From Candidatus Electronema aureum (GTDB lineage: Bacteria > Desulfobacterota > Desulfobulbia > Desulfobulbales > Desulfobulbaceae), in contig NQJD01000006.1 of the NCBI GenBank assembly GCA_004284765.1, forward strand, positions 30,001 through 62,000: 32,000 nucleotides of DNA, written 5' to 3'. The notes under the pieces are model-generated. The model saw only the letters and a list, made by a program, of their open reading frames with translations. It made no database searches and had not been told where the DNA came from. The first letter of the stretch is position 1. Each line of letters begins with the position of its first letter. Of the stretch, positions 16,760 through 26,010 are shown piece by piece. The translations under genes and the position numbers were made by a program.

Positions 16760-18126
16760 TGTCCGCAGCCATCCTGATTATTGATGATGAAAGCGCGATC
16801 CGAGAAGCCTTGGCAGGCATCTTGGAGGACGAGGGTTTTCAATCTTTGGCCGCAGCCTCTGCCGAAGAGGGTCTGACTCTGCTGGCACGGCAAGATATTC
16901 ACCTTGTTCTTTTGGATATCTGGCTACCGGGCATGGACGGCATCGAGGCATTGAAACGAATTCGGCAGGAATACAGCGAAGTGCCGGTGATTATGATTTC
17001 CGGTCACGGCAGCATTGAAACTGCGGTGCAAACCACCCGCATCGGTGCCTTTGATTTCATCGAAAAACCGCTCTCCTATGACAAGGTGGTTTTAGCGGTC
17101 ACGCAGGGCCTGCGCGTGGCCCGCTTGGAGCGCGAAAACCGTCTGCTCCGAGAAGCCGCTCCTGCCGGAGCAGCAATCATCGGTGAATCTCAACCCATTA
17201 GGCAATTGCGGCGGCAAATTGGGCTGGTCGCCCCGACCGATGCTTCTGTGCTGATTCTCGGCGGGCATGGCACCGGCAAAGAATTAGCTGCTCAGGCAGT
17301 TCACCGCCAATCAGCGCGGGCCGTAAATCCTATGATTGCAGTCAACTGCGCTGCCATCCCGGAAGAATTGATTGAATCCGAGCTGTTCGGCTATGAAAAA
17401 GGTGCTTTTACTGGTGCGGATAAGGCCAAGAAAGGCAAGTTTGACCAAGCTGACGGCTCCACCCTCTTTCTTGATGAAATCGGTGATATGAGCCTGAAGA
17501 GCCAGGCAAAGGTGCTGCGTGTTCTTCAGGAAAAAAACTTCGAGCGGGTGGGCGGCGGCAGGATGGTGGAGGTCGATGTGCGCATTTTGGCAGCCACGAA
17601 CAAGGATTTGGAACAGGAAATTAAGGCGGGCAATTTCCGGGCTGATCTTTTTTATCGACTGAACGTGATTCCCCTCCGCATCCCTGATCTGAAAGAGCGA
17701 CTGGAGGACATCCCCCTGCTTGCGGCGGAATTTCTGCGCCAGTTCCGCAGCCGGGGTTTGGGCGAAAAACGCCTTGATGACAGCGCACTCGCCCTGCTCA
17801 TGCGTCATTCTTGGCCGGGCAACATCCGCGAACTGCGCAATATGATTGAACGCTTGGTGATCATGACTCCCGGCCAGCTGATCACTGCCGAGGATGTTTC
17901 TTTATTTCTTCAGCCGGGGGCGTTCAAGCCTGCGCCCAGTGTCGGTCTGCCTGCTTGGAATCATCTTGGCTTCAAGGAAGCGCGGCGGCAGTTTGAGCAT
18001 GATTATCTTTGCAAGAAATTAGAAGAGCAAAGTGGCAATGTAACTAAGACCGCAGAAAAAATCGGCATGGAACGCAGTCATCTGCATAAAAAGCTCAAAG
18101 CATTAGGCATCAAAGCGGAAGAATAA
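16759..18126 (+). CDS. sigma54-dependent response regulator (NtrX/AtoC-like: REC + AAA+ + Fis HTH)
   Basis: The REC domain has ILIIDDE...LLDIWLPGMDG. The AAA+ domain has Walker A GGHGTGKE, GAFTGA (EKGAFTGA), and LFLDEIGD. The C-terminal HTH is GNVTKTAEKIGMERSHLHKKLK. The start overlaps the kinase stop (TAATG). Confidence 0.9.
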   Translation: MSAAILIIDDESAIREALAGILEDEGFQSLAAASAEEGLTLLARQDIHLVLLDIWLPGMDGIEALKRIRQEYSEVPVIMISGHGSIETAVQTTRIGAFDFIEKPLSYDKVVLAVTQGLRVARLERENRLLREAAPAGAAIIGESQPIRQLRRQIGLVAPTDASVLILGGHGTGKELAAQAVHRQSARAVNPMIAVNCAAIPEELIESELFGYEKGAFTGADKAKKGKFDQADGSTLFLDEIGDMSLKSQAKVLRVLQEKNFERVGGGRMVEVDVRILAATNKDLEQEIKAGNFRADLFYRLNVIPLRIPDLKERLEDIPLLAAEFLRQFRSRGLGEKRLDDSALALLMRHSWPGNIRELRNMIERLVIMTPGQLITAEDVSLFLQPGAFKPAPSVGLPAWNHLGFKEARRQFEHDYLCKKLEEQSGNVTKTAEKIGMERSHLHKKLKALGIKAEE

Positions 18127-18130
18127 AACG

Positions 18131-18547
18131 TTACAAAACCTCAGCAGGATACCAAACCGTTACGGTTGCGTAGCCGTTTTTGCAGGCAGTAGCGGCGATT
18201 TCGCTGCGTGCCGCTTGCTCATCTGATAACGAACTAAGCAGCTCTGAAATTCCCTCATACATCTCTTCTTTGTACTGCTCTGCATCCGCAACTGAGTCAA
18301 CTTTAGTATTGACATCACCTTTGATCCAACTCGCAAGCTTTTTTGCTGGCGGCAACGAGATGACGGTCTCAGGATAGTAAACAACGGCTCGTGCTGCTCC
18401 TTCTACCATGTTTGTCATGGCGATTTTTGCATGTTCTGCTTGTAATCCCAGTTCATCGAGCTTTTCTCTCACCTTATGCTCCAGCTCAGTAATACCTTCC
18501 CGTCCCGGACGATTGGATTCAAAGGCTGCGTAGTTCCACTTAGTCAT
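18131..18547 (-). CDS. hypothetical protein (138 aa, acidic, no signal peptide)
   Basis: Clean ORF downstream of bamA on the same strand. No family recognised (MTKWNYAAFESNRPGREGITELEHKV...). Confidence 0.5.
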   Translation of the reverse strand: MTKWNYAAFESNRPGREGITELEHKVREKLDELGLQAEHAKIAMTNMVEGAARAVVYYPETVISLPPAKKLASWIKGDVNTKVDSVADAEQYKEEMYEGISELLSSLSDEQAARSEIAATACKNGYATVTVWYPAEVL

Positions 18548-18603
18548 ATTTTTGTTCTATGCTCCCGATTGATTAATTCAATTTCTTCACAATGACGATG
18601 GAG

Positions 18604-18626
18604 AGGGGCGGTTCTGCGCCGCCCCT
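18604..18626 (-). terminator. GC-rich hairpin just downstream of bamA (weak terminator candidate)
   Basis: AGGGGCGG (18604-18611) pairs with CCGCCCCT (18619-18626) across a 7-nt loop. No clear U-tract on either strand. Confidence 0.3.
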
Positions 18627-18637
18627 TGCTGCTCAGG

Positions 18638-21304
18638 TCAGAAATTGCCGCCCATCGCGAAATCCCACTGCGCATCTTCGTCGCCCGGCTGAGAATCGAG
18701 GTTGTAACCCCAGACCAAACGCAACGGTCCCATCGGTGACAGCCAGTTGATACCCAAGCCTGCTGATTTCTTCATTGTGCCAAAATCCCAGCTATCATCT
18801 TGGGCATAAACATTGCCGAAGTCGCTGAAAACCACACCCCGCAGGCCCGCATCGCTCACCAGCGGGAAATACAGTTCCAGATTGGCAAACCACATCTTGT
18901 CGCCGCCGTATTTTTCATCATTGACCGGGTTGATCGGGCTGACCGATGAAGATTTGAAACCACGGATAGAGTTCATGCCGCCAAGATAGAAGTTGTCATA
19001 AACCGGCAATTTGCCGTCTTCGTTCTCAAAGGCTTTGCCTGCGGAGAGCCTACTACGTACCACGGTTGAAAGCGGCAGAGGATAATACCAATCAGTAGAG
19101 CCTTCTAACTTGGTGTATTCAGCCTCACCGCCAAAGGGACCACCTGCGAATTGCACGCTCAGACTGTTCCTTGAGCCGGAGTTGGTGTTGAACAGCTTGT
19201 CCCGCGTGTCGCGTACCACAGAGAGCTTCACTGCGCTGGTAATGTTAATCTTGGCTGATTCGAGAATGTAATCAGAAGCATCAGCAGAGATATCCTCCAG
19301 CGTAGTGTCGGTCCAGCTGTAGCCGTAATACATCCGCCACTCTTCAATCAAATGATGACCGAGGCGGAGACCGCCGCCAGTAGAGGATTTAGTGTAGTCG
19401 GTGTACTCGCGTTCCCAGTTAAAGGCATCCACGCCCGCAGAGACTCGCGAGTCGAAAATCCGGGGGTCGGTATAAGAAAGGTTAAATTTGCTGGTAACGG
19501 AACTCATGTTGGCAGAAAAAGACAGTCGGGTGCCAAGGCCAAGGAAGTTGTCCTCGGAAATTTCCCCCATAAACATCAGCTTATCCGAAGAAGAGTAGCC
19601 CGCGCCGATACTGAACTGACCGGTAGCCCGCTCCTTCACCGCCACCAGAATATCCATCTGGTCTTCCTCTAAGGTCGGCTGTGGCGTGACAGTGACATCT
19701 TCAAAAAAGCCTAACCGCTGGAGCTTCTTGACTGAGTCGCGCACAGCCTTGGAGTTATACGTGCCGCCCTCTTCCACTTGCAGATCACGGCGGATAACGT
19801 TGTCGCGAGTGCGGGTATTGCCTTGCACCTCGACCCGGTTGAATTTGACCAATTCACCCTTAGACACCACCAAGGTGATGTCCACTGTATTACCGCTTTC
19901 CGATTTTTTCATCTTAGGATCAACCTCGGCAAAGGCGTAACCCTGCTCGGCGTAGAGGTCGGTCAGCTTGAGGATATCTTCTTGCATGACCTTGCGGCTG
20001 AAAAACTCTTCCTTGCGGATATCCAGCATCTCCAGCAGTTCCTCTTTGCTTTTAAACAAATCTCCTTGCACATCAATCTCACCAAGTTTGTAGCGCGAGC
20101 CTTCCTCAATGGTGAAAGTAATCAGGATATCCTCGCCCTCTTCTTTCACCTCTGGTTCGCTGACTTTTGCATCAATGTAGCCGTGGTTGCTGTAAAAAGC
20201 GGCCAATCGGTCTGCGTCTTGCCGCAGTACGTCCATCTTTAACGTGCCAGAGCCGGTAATCCAAGAAGAGTACCATTTCCAAGTACCTGTCTGGAGTTCG
20301 CTTTTCAAATCGCTGTCGTCAAAAGACTTGTTGCCGACAAAACGGATATCAGCAATAGCCATCTTGGTTCCTTCATTGATTTCAAACAGCACCTCAGTCG
20401 TTTTGGCATCGGGCTGATTGATTTTGAAGCTGCTTTTGGCAGCGGAATATCCTTTACTGCGGTACAGTTCGTTTATGCGTTTGAGTGCGTCGTTAAGTGC
20501 GGAGGGATTGAGAATGGTGTTAGCTTTGATACTCGCTGCATCCTGCACATCTTTCTCGTCTAACTCTTTCAGGCCAGAATAGGAAATCTTGCTGATCAGC
20601 GGCTTTTCCAGCACCCGAAAAACTACCTTTTTACCTTTGGGCGAATCGGCAACCTCAATGGTCACGTTGTCGAAATAACCCATTTTAAAGATCGCTTTCA
20701 AATCCTTGCGTAAACTGTCCGGGCTGTATAACTCGCCGGGCTTGGCACTGATTTTGCCAAGAATCGCACCAGAGTCGATCCGCGTATTGCCTGCTGGAGC
20801 CACCGAAGCAATGGTCATCTCTTTGCTGGTTTTGCCTAAGATGTCAGTGAGAATACCCTCTAAGGCAAGGGGGAGATTATCGATGGACGATGCTTCCCGA
20901 AAGGCAGACTGCGCTTTGCCCGGCTCCAAGAGATCGATGATCTGCATATCAACAGAAATTTGCTTACCAATCACTGTGAGGCTGCCTGCTGCGGCATAAT
21001 CCATACTGCTCTGTTCCGCTGCTTTGGTCAAGCCCGCAGCGGGCGGCGGCCAAGCACCGCTGTAGTCAACAAGCTGCTCCGCCTCGCTGCGAGAAAGCAT
21101 GGTAAAATTTTTGCTCGCCAAAGCTGCCTGCAAGGCCGCGTCCGCCTGCTGCGCCAAGGGACCGCTTTCTTCCGCATTGATCTTCAGGGGCAAGAAAACG
21201 GTGTTTTGTTGAGCGGCCAAGGCCGTTCCTGCGGTAAGGCAGGAAAGCAGCAGCGCAAGCAGCACGAGGGGAATCTGAGGACGGAATAAGCGGTTCATGA
21301 GCAC
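18638..21304 (-). CDS. bamA: outer membrane protein assembly factor BamA (Omp85) with extra N-terminal domain
   Basis: Has a signal peptide (LVLLALLLSCLTAGTALAA) and POTRA-like repeats starting near IASVAPAGNTRIDSGAILGKI. The Omp85 barrel ends ...WDFAMGGNF. Confidence 0.9.
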   Translation of the reverse strand: MLMNRLFRPQIPLVLLALLLSCLTAGTALAAQQNTVFLPLKINAEESGPLAQQADAALQAALASKNFTMLSRSEAEQLVDYSGAWPPPAAGLTKAAEQSSMDYAAAGSLTVIGKQISVDMQIIDLLEPGKAQSAFREASSIDNLPLALEGILTDILGKTSKEMTIASVAPAGNTRIDSGAILGKISAKPGELYSPDSLRKDLKAIFKMGYFDNVTIEVADSPKGKKVVFRVLEKPLISKISYSGLKELDEKDVQDAASIKANTILNPSALNDALKRINELYRSKGYSAAKSSFKINQPDAKTTEVLFEINEGTKMAIADIRFVGNKSFDDSDLKSELQTGTWKWYSSWITGSGTLKMDVLRQDADRLAAFYSNHGYIDAKVSEPEVKEEGEDILITFTIEEGSRYKLGEIDVQGDLFKSKEELLEMLDIRKEEFFSRKVMQEDILKLTDLYAEQGYAFAEVDPKMKKSESGNTVDITLVVSKGELVKFNRVEVQGNTRTRDNVIRRDLQVEEGGTYNSKAVRDSVKKLQRLGFFEDVTVTPQPTLEEDQMDILVAVKERATGQFSIGAGYSSSDKLMFMGEISEDNFLGLGTRLSFSANMSSVTSKFNLSYTDPRIFDSRVSAGVDAFNWEREYTDYTKSSTGGGLRLGHHLIEEWRMYYGYSWTDTTLEDISADASDYILESAKINITSAVKLSVVRDTRDKLFNTNSGSRNSLSVQFAGGPFGGEAEYTKLEGSTDWYYPLPLSTVVRSRLSAGKAFENEDGKLPVYDNFYLGGMNSIRGFKSSSVSPINPVNDEKYGGDKMWFANLELYFPLVSDAGLRGVVFSDFGNVYAQDDSWDFGTMKKSAGLGINWLSPMGPLRLVWGYNLDSQPGDEDAQWDFAMGGNF

Positions 21305-21417
21305 AAATCCTGTATCTGGTGTTTAAAAAAACGCTGAACAGCAGCGCGTCGATCCTACAGAAGACGAGCAACTTAGCTTTTCTCCGGGAGATGAAACATA
21401 TTATGCCACGCTGCGGC

Positions 21418-22248
21418 TCAGTTTGGCAAAGAAATAGAAGCGGCTTCCATAGAAGAAGGTACTGGCAGATGGCATTCGTCCAGCAGTTCAGCCACCCGCT
21501 GCTGAAGAATTGCGGCCAGCTCCTGCTTGTCTTTAGCCTTGAAATTTTTGGTCGGCAAGGGCGTACCGATGCGCAGCACCACCTCGCCGCCACGTGAGAG
21601 CAGCTTTCCTTTGGGCAGGGCCTGATAGGTGCCGTTGAAACCCACTGGCACCACCTCTACCCCGGCCTTGATCGCCAGCATGACCGCGCCGGTCTTGAAA
21701 GGCTGGAGCCGTCCGTCTGGGCTGCGGGTTCCTTCCGGGAAAAGAATAACCGAACTACCTTCGGCGATGCGTTGCGCTGCATCATTGAGGCTTTGCACCG
21801 CTTCCCTGCCGTGCGAGCGGTCGATAGAAATGAAATCTACCGCTTTCATGCCAGTGCCAAAGATGGGGATAGCGAACAGCTCTTTTTTGGCAATCCAGCG
21901 GTAATCGTGGGTGATATAGCCGGAAAAGGCCATGATGTCCGCCATGCTGCAATGATTGCCGATGAAGATGTAGGGCTTGGCTTGATCAAGCTGCTCACCG
22001 CCTTCTACCCGCACTCGGATGTTGGCAAGACGACAGAGGATACGACCCCAAGCACGAGGAAACTGCTGGGCTTGGGACTTAGATTTGCGAAACCAGCGCA
22101 CATCGGTCATCGCGCTCAAGCAGACGATAGCGGTCAAAGGCGGAATAGTAAGCAGAGCAAGAATGCCTCGCAGGAGCTGTATCGGAGAAGTAAAAGAGGC
22201 CATTGGTTTGTAGTCAGAAAGAATCGCCGTCATCGGCAGTGTCGTCAT
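21418..22248 (-). CDS. plsC: 1-acyl-sn-glycerol-3-phosphate acyltransferase family protein
   Basis: Has the HX4D motif NHCSMAD, plus FPEGTRSPDG and an N-terminal TM. The start is uncertain: the track start 22248 overlaps the upstream gene by 35 nt, and internal ATGs at 22233 or 22203 are alternatives. Confidence 0.8.
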   Translation of the reverse strand: MTTLPMTAILSDYKPMASFTSPIQLLRGILALLTIPPLTAIVCLSAMTDVRWFRKSKSQAQQFPRAWGRILCRLANIRVRVEGGEQLDQAKPYIFIGNHCSMADIMAFSGYITHDYRWIAKKELFAIPIFGTGMKAVDFISIDRSHGREAVQSLNDAAQRIAEGSSVILFPEGTRSPDGRLQPFKTGAVMLAIKAGVEVVPVGFNGTYQALPKGKLLSRGGEVVLRIGTPLPTKNFKAKDKQELAAILQQRVAELLDECHLPVPSSMEAASISLPN

Positions 22249-23422
22249 CGTCTAACGGTGCAATCAACTGCTTTGCTTCTAATAATAAAGCAGGCCACGG
22301 CGCGGCAGAATCAGCATGAATGCTATTGAGTAATTCATCAGGAAAAAAGAGAAAATCCTTTTCTAACTCATTGCCTATGAACTCATCCCGAAAGCGAGTG
22401 ATCAGGTTCAAATGCGCCCAGCGGGTCAGATAGTAAATAACCAGACGGGGCAGGCGGGTGTAGATGTTCTCATCCGGGGTCAGATCAACAAAGCTGGATT
22501 CTTGCAGCTTCTTGGTTGAGAGCACTTGGGGCTGATAGACATTCTTGAGAAACATGTACTCTGGCGGCAGCCGAGCGGTGATGCCGAACCAACTTAGAAA
22601 ACTGGCCACCCGCTCCAGAACGTATTTGCCGCCCATGACTACTGGATACGGCACGTAAATCTCTCGCGGGGTCTTTACCTCTAAATAGGCGCGGATGGTT
22701 AGAATCAGGTCATCTAATTCTACTGGATCTTTGTCGGCAAAATGATAGGTCTGGCCAGAAAACTCCTCGCGGTGCAGCAAAACATGATGAACAAAGGCAG
22801 GAATCTTCGCCGCATTGGTGTATGAATGCTTTATTCCTCTCTTGGTGAAAAGAAAAGGCATCGATTCATCAGCAATAGCAAAGAGCAAACGGTGAAAACC
22901 TTGAATCTTATGGTCATGCTCACCGTAAACAATAGAGACCCTAATGATGGTGCAGTCTAACCCATGCTGCTGCATCATGTGTTCCAAGGTCTTCTCAGCC
23001 ATGAGCTTGGACTTTGCGTAGTTACTCAGGTTGGGACTCAGGGGAAGCTGATCTTCCTCAGCCAAATTTTCGCCGTGCGGCAGAGTGGCGGCGGTGCTAA
23101 AATGGATATAGGGAATGCCAAGTGCGCAGCAGGCTCGCGCTATGTTGACGCTGCCAAGATAGTTGACCTCAAAGGCTAACTGGGCATCCGAGTCCAGCGA
23201 GGCCATCGACGCATTGATGACAAAATCAGGCCGCACCCGCTGGAGATAAACAATGATATCTTGAGCGTTGCGGATAGACAGCTTTTTAGAACTGGGCGCA
23301 CGAATATCAAAGTCGTCCGGGGTCTTGGTCTTGAAATAATGCGCTAAGGTTCCACCGATCAGGCCAGAGCCACCGATCAGCACGCCAAGACAGCGTTTCT
23401 TTTTCTGGAGCACCTGATCCAT
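22214..23422 (-). CDS. NAD(P)-dependent epimerase/dehydratase-family (extended SDR) protein with ~150-aa C-terminal extension
   Basis: Has the Rossmann motif VLIGGSGLIGGTL, the catalytic YxxxK (NYAKSK), and an acidic tail DDDDTADDGDSF. Confidence 0.75.
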   Translation of the reverse strand: MDQVLQKKKRCLGVLIGGSGLIGGTLAHYFKTKTPDDFDIRAPSSKKLSIRNAQDIIVYLQRVRPDFVINASMASLDSDAQLAFEVNYLGSVNIARACCALGIPYIHFSTAATLPHGENLAEEDQLPLSPNLSNYAKSKLMAEKTLEHMMQQHGLDCTIIRVSIVYGEHDHKIQGFHRLLFAIADESMPFLFTKRGIKHSYTNAAKIPAFVHHVLLHREEFSGQTYHFADKDPVELDDLILTIRAYLEVKTPREIYVPYPVVMGGKYVLERVASFLSWFGITARLPPEYMFLKNVYQPQVLSTKKLQESSFVDLTPDENIYTRLPRLVIYYLTRWAHLNLITRFRDEFIGNELEKDFLFFPDELLNSIHADSAAPWPALLLEAKQLIAPLDDDDTADDGDSF

Positions 23423-23801
23423 TGTTCCTCAGATGAAAACTTCGGTGTCGGAATTCTTCTTATCTCCTTTAGCATGTTTGCCTACAAAAAGCATCTTTTT
23501 TCGGGCGACGGAAGATAGGGTGCCTTGTGCAAATACCGCACTTGTGTCCTCCGACAACAGGCTGCCATCACGTTCTTTTCTGTTGATAGCAAGAGTATTT
23601 TTTGGTACGATGACAGTACCGTAGCTTGGGATGAATGCAATGTTTGCGATCAGATTAAGCTGCCAAGAGTTCCTGCGCGCCGCCTGAAGTTTTCAGCGTA
23701 CCTACTATAGCTTTCTTTACGCTGGGCTGATTATTATAACCCAAGTTGTGCAATATCTCTTGTCGCAGCGGAAATTCAGTTCATCCGAAAACGCATCTGT
23801 C

Positions 23802-23835
23802 CGAGCATATTTGGCCAAGCCAATTTATATGCTCG
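23802..23835. promoter_or_regulatory. palindromic operator-like site upstream of the kinase-like/deacetylase pair
   Basis: CGAGCATAT (23802-23810) and ATATGCTCG (23827-23835) form a perfect 9-bp inverted repeat. The spacer contains the palindrome TTGGCCAA. The site ends 38 bp before ATG 23874. Confidence 0.35.
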
Positions 23836-23873
23836 ATCCTATCAATTTTTATGCAACGGGGTAAGTCATAAAT

Positions 23874-25130
23874 ATGTCAAATTCTATTCATGCTTCAGTT
23901 GGGGAGCAGGGAAAGAATCGCCCTGATGATGTGCGACAGGTTTTCTTGTTGTTGAATGATATCCGCACAGAACCTTTAGCGGTAAGTGATCAATGTTCGC
24001 CAGAGCTGATTCAAGCGATTAAAGATTTTCAGAAAAATTTCTTGGCACAGCCTGACGGTCGAATTGATGTTGGCGGCAGGACTTGGGAAAAACTCATTGC
24101 TACCGCCGCAGGATCAAGTAATCACGTCAACTCGCTACCACCGGGCAATGAACAAGACAAAGAATTTGACATTGAATTTTCAACATTAAATTTGGAAGAT
24201 AATGACAAATATCAATTTGAGTTCAAAACAACAGGAACATCGATAGGATTCAAAGTAGCGATTGACGGTGGAAGAAAAAGCGGCCTTTTTCTTCCTGAAA
24301 ACTCAGCAACGCATCTTGAAGGAGAAGTTGTGTCCTACAGACTTTCAAGATTACTTGGGGTCAGTGAGATATTCAACCCAGTTGCGTATTACACCTTAAA
24401 AGCAAATGCAATCCGTCGCTTCAAACTGATGCTCAGATCTGACGAAAAAAGCAAATGGCGGCGGGAAAATACCGAGACTCTTTTAAAGAGAATCGACGAA
24501 AGTCCTTCGTTTATGCTTGGAATCTATAAATACAGGCATAAAAGAAAATCACAGCCAGTCGATAAATTAATCATTTCCAACGGCCTCAATCGGCAGCACA
24601 GGATGGCCCAGCTGATCAATGCTGAAGGTACTATGCCTTCAAAAAAAGCAATCACTTTGGAGAAGGTATCTCCTGATAAACCTGAATATCCCATACCAAA
24701 AGAAAGTGAATCTGTTTTAGCCAAGCAGTTATCAATTATTTTCACCATCGATATGCTGACCGGGCAATGGGACAGATTCAGTGGAGGAAATATAGAGGTT
24801 TATGCGCATAAGGACGGTCGTCTTCAGTTTGTTGCACGAGATAACGGCGGCAGTCATTTGCTTTGGGGATGGAATTGGTTTAATAAATACCGTAGTTGGC
24901 TGACGAGATTTGACTCTGACTTGATTCAAGAACTTAGGCTAATGAAGACCTTTTTAGATGGCAAGTCAGACGAATACAACGGAATCGTATCCACAGTTAG
25001 TTTTGCGGATATTGTCGGTTTTACCAACGAAAGAACATTCAAGGCGTTCAAAGAAAAACTTGATATTTTTCTTTCTGATCACGTACAATCCTGTGAGGAT
25101 AGATTCGGAAAAAAATGCTACTTCAGCTAA
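23874..25130 (+). CDS. two-domain protein: N-terminal peptidoglycan-binding-like module + C-terminal Fam20/PI3-4K/HipA-like atypical kinase fold
   Basis: The N-terminal 74 aa are shared with the next gene. The C-terminal region has EGEVVSYRLSRLLGVSEIFNPV and IDMLTGQWDRFSGGNIEVYAHKDGRLQFVARDNGGS (catalytic-loop-like D-R..N plus a DNG metal-binding-like motif). No signal peptide. AT-rich codon usage. Confidence 0.55.
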   Translation: MSNSIHASVGEQGKNRPDDVRQVFLLLNDIRTEPLAVSDQCSPELIQAIKDFQKNFLAQPDGRIDVGGRTWEKLIATAAGSSNHVNSLPPGNEQDKEFDIEFSTLNLEDNDKYQFEFKTTGTSIGFKVAIDGGRKSGLFLPENSATHLEGEVVSYRLSRLLGVSEIFNPVAYYTLKANAIRRFKLMLRSDEKSKWRRENTETLLKRIDESPSFMLGIYKYRHKRKSQPVDKLIISNGLNRQHRMAQLINAEGTMPSKKAITLEKVSPDKPEYPIPKESESVLAKQLSIIFTIDMLTGQWDRFSGGNIEVYAHKDGRLQFVARDNGGSHLLWGWNWFNKYRSWLTRFDSDLIQELRLMKTFLDGKSDEYNGIVSTVSFADIVGFTNERTFKAFKEKLDIFLSDHVQSCEDRFGKKCYFS

Positions 25131-25176
25131 CGCTGTAAGCAACAAGATGCAATAATTTTAACCGAAGGAGGAGAAA

Positions 25177-26010
25177 ATGCCCGTTTCTATAACAGCTTCA
25201 GTGGGAGAACGTGGTGAGAATCGCCCGGATGATGTGCGGCAGATTTTCTTGTTGCTGAATAAAAACAGAACGCCACCTTTAGTAGTAAGCGATCAATGCT
25301 CAATAGAGCTGATTCAAGCAATTAAAGAATTCCAGAAAGATTTCCTAACCAATCCTGATGGACGGATTGATGTCGGCGGCAGAACTTGGAAAGAACTAAC
25401 CGAATCAAATGAAGTGCATGAAAACGAAAAGAAAGTGCTTCTGTCCTTTGATGATGGCCCTCTTCCTGAAGATGCTCTTAATTCCATTCTTGCCACCTTA
25501 CAATCTCATCATATCAAAGCTGAGTTTTACGTTCTCGGTGCTGAAGTAGATCGTCATCCAAAGGCTGCAAAAAAAATAGCTGATCAAGGCCACAGTCTCC
25601 AGAATCATTCCTACAGTCATATTGATCTGTCTAAGGCGAGCAAAGAGGTCGTGATGACCGAGTTGCGGAAAACTCAAGAAAGCATCAAAAATGCTGCTGG
25701 AGTAACAGCAACGAAAGTTCGCCCGCCCTACGGCGCAGGTGGCTGGCCTGCCCATCATGATCCTGAGTTGGCTCAGGTTGCAGCCAGCTTGTCCTTGAAG
25801 ATTGAAAACTGGGATATCGATACCGAAGACTGGAAGACTCCAAAAGGTATCGGATCGACCAAGCTGACTATGATCAAAAAGCAGTTTACTCAGCAGCAGA
25901 GCAAGCTGCTGCTGAATGTGCTGATGCACGTCCAGAGCGAGACCGCCAGAGACCTTGAGAGTTTTATTGCCCAGCTGAAAAGATGGGGGTACTCCTTTGC
26001 CAAACCGTGA
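25177..26010 (+). CDS. two-domain protein: same N-terminal peptidoglycan-binding-like module + NodB-type polysaccharide/peptidoglycan deacetylase
   Basis: The NodB motifs are intact: LSFDDGP, NHSYSH and VRPPYG. The N-terminal 74 aa match the previous gene at 57 of 74 positions (hand count). No signal peptide. The RBS GGAGGAG lies before ATG 25177. Confidence 0.8.
   Translation: MPVSITASVGERGENRPDDVRQIFLLLNKNRTPPLVVSDQCSIELIQAIKEFQKDFLTNPDGRIDVGGRTWKELTESNEVHENEKKVLLSFDDGPLPEDALNSILATLQSHHIKAEFYVLGAEVDRHPKAAKKIADQGHSLQNHSYSHIDLSKASKEVVMTELRKTQESIKNAAGVTATKVRPPYGAGGWPAHHDPELAQVAASLSLKIENWDIDTEDWKTPKGIGSTKLTMIKKQFTQQQSKLLLNVLMHVQSETARDLESFIAQLKRWGYSFAKP

Noticed and set aside
19352-21289. Plus-strand ORFs (19352-19672, 19778-20242, 20706-20999, 20960-21289) opposite bamA
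   Set aside because: They are antisense to a continuous 888-codon BamA ORF with POTRA and barrel features.
21772-22329. 185-aa plus-strand ORF opposite plsC
   Set aside because: The antisense frame has no motifs, while the sense strand has HX4D and FPEGTR.
23594-23612. TGGTAC-N-...GTACC stretch considered as a sigma54 -24/-12 promoter
   Set aside because: The -12 element (TTGC) is absent at the correct spacing. It is just a short palindrome (GGTAC...GTACC).
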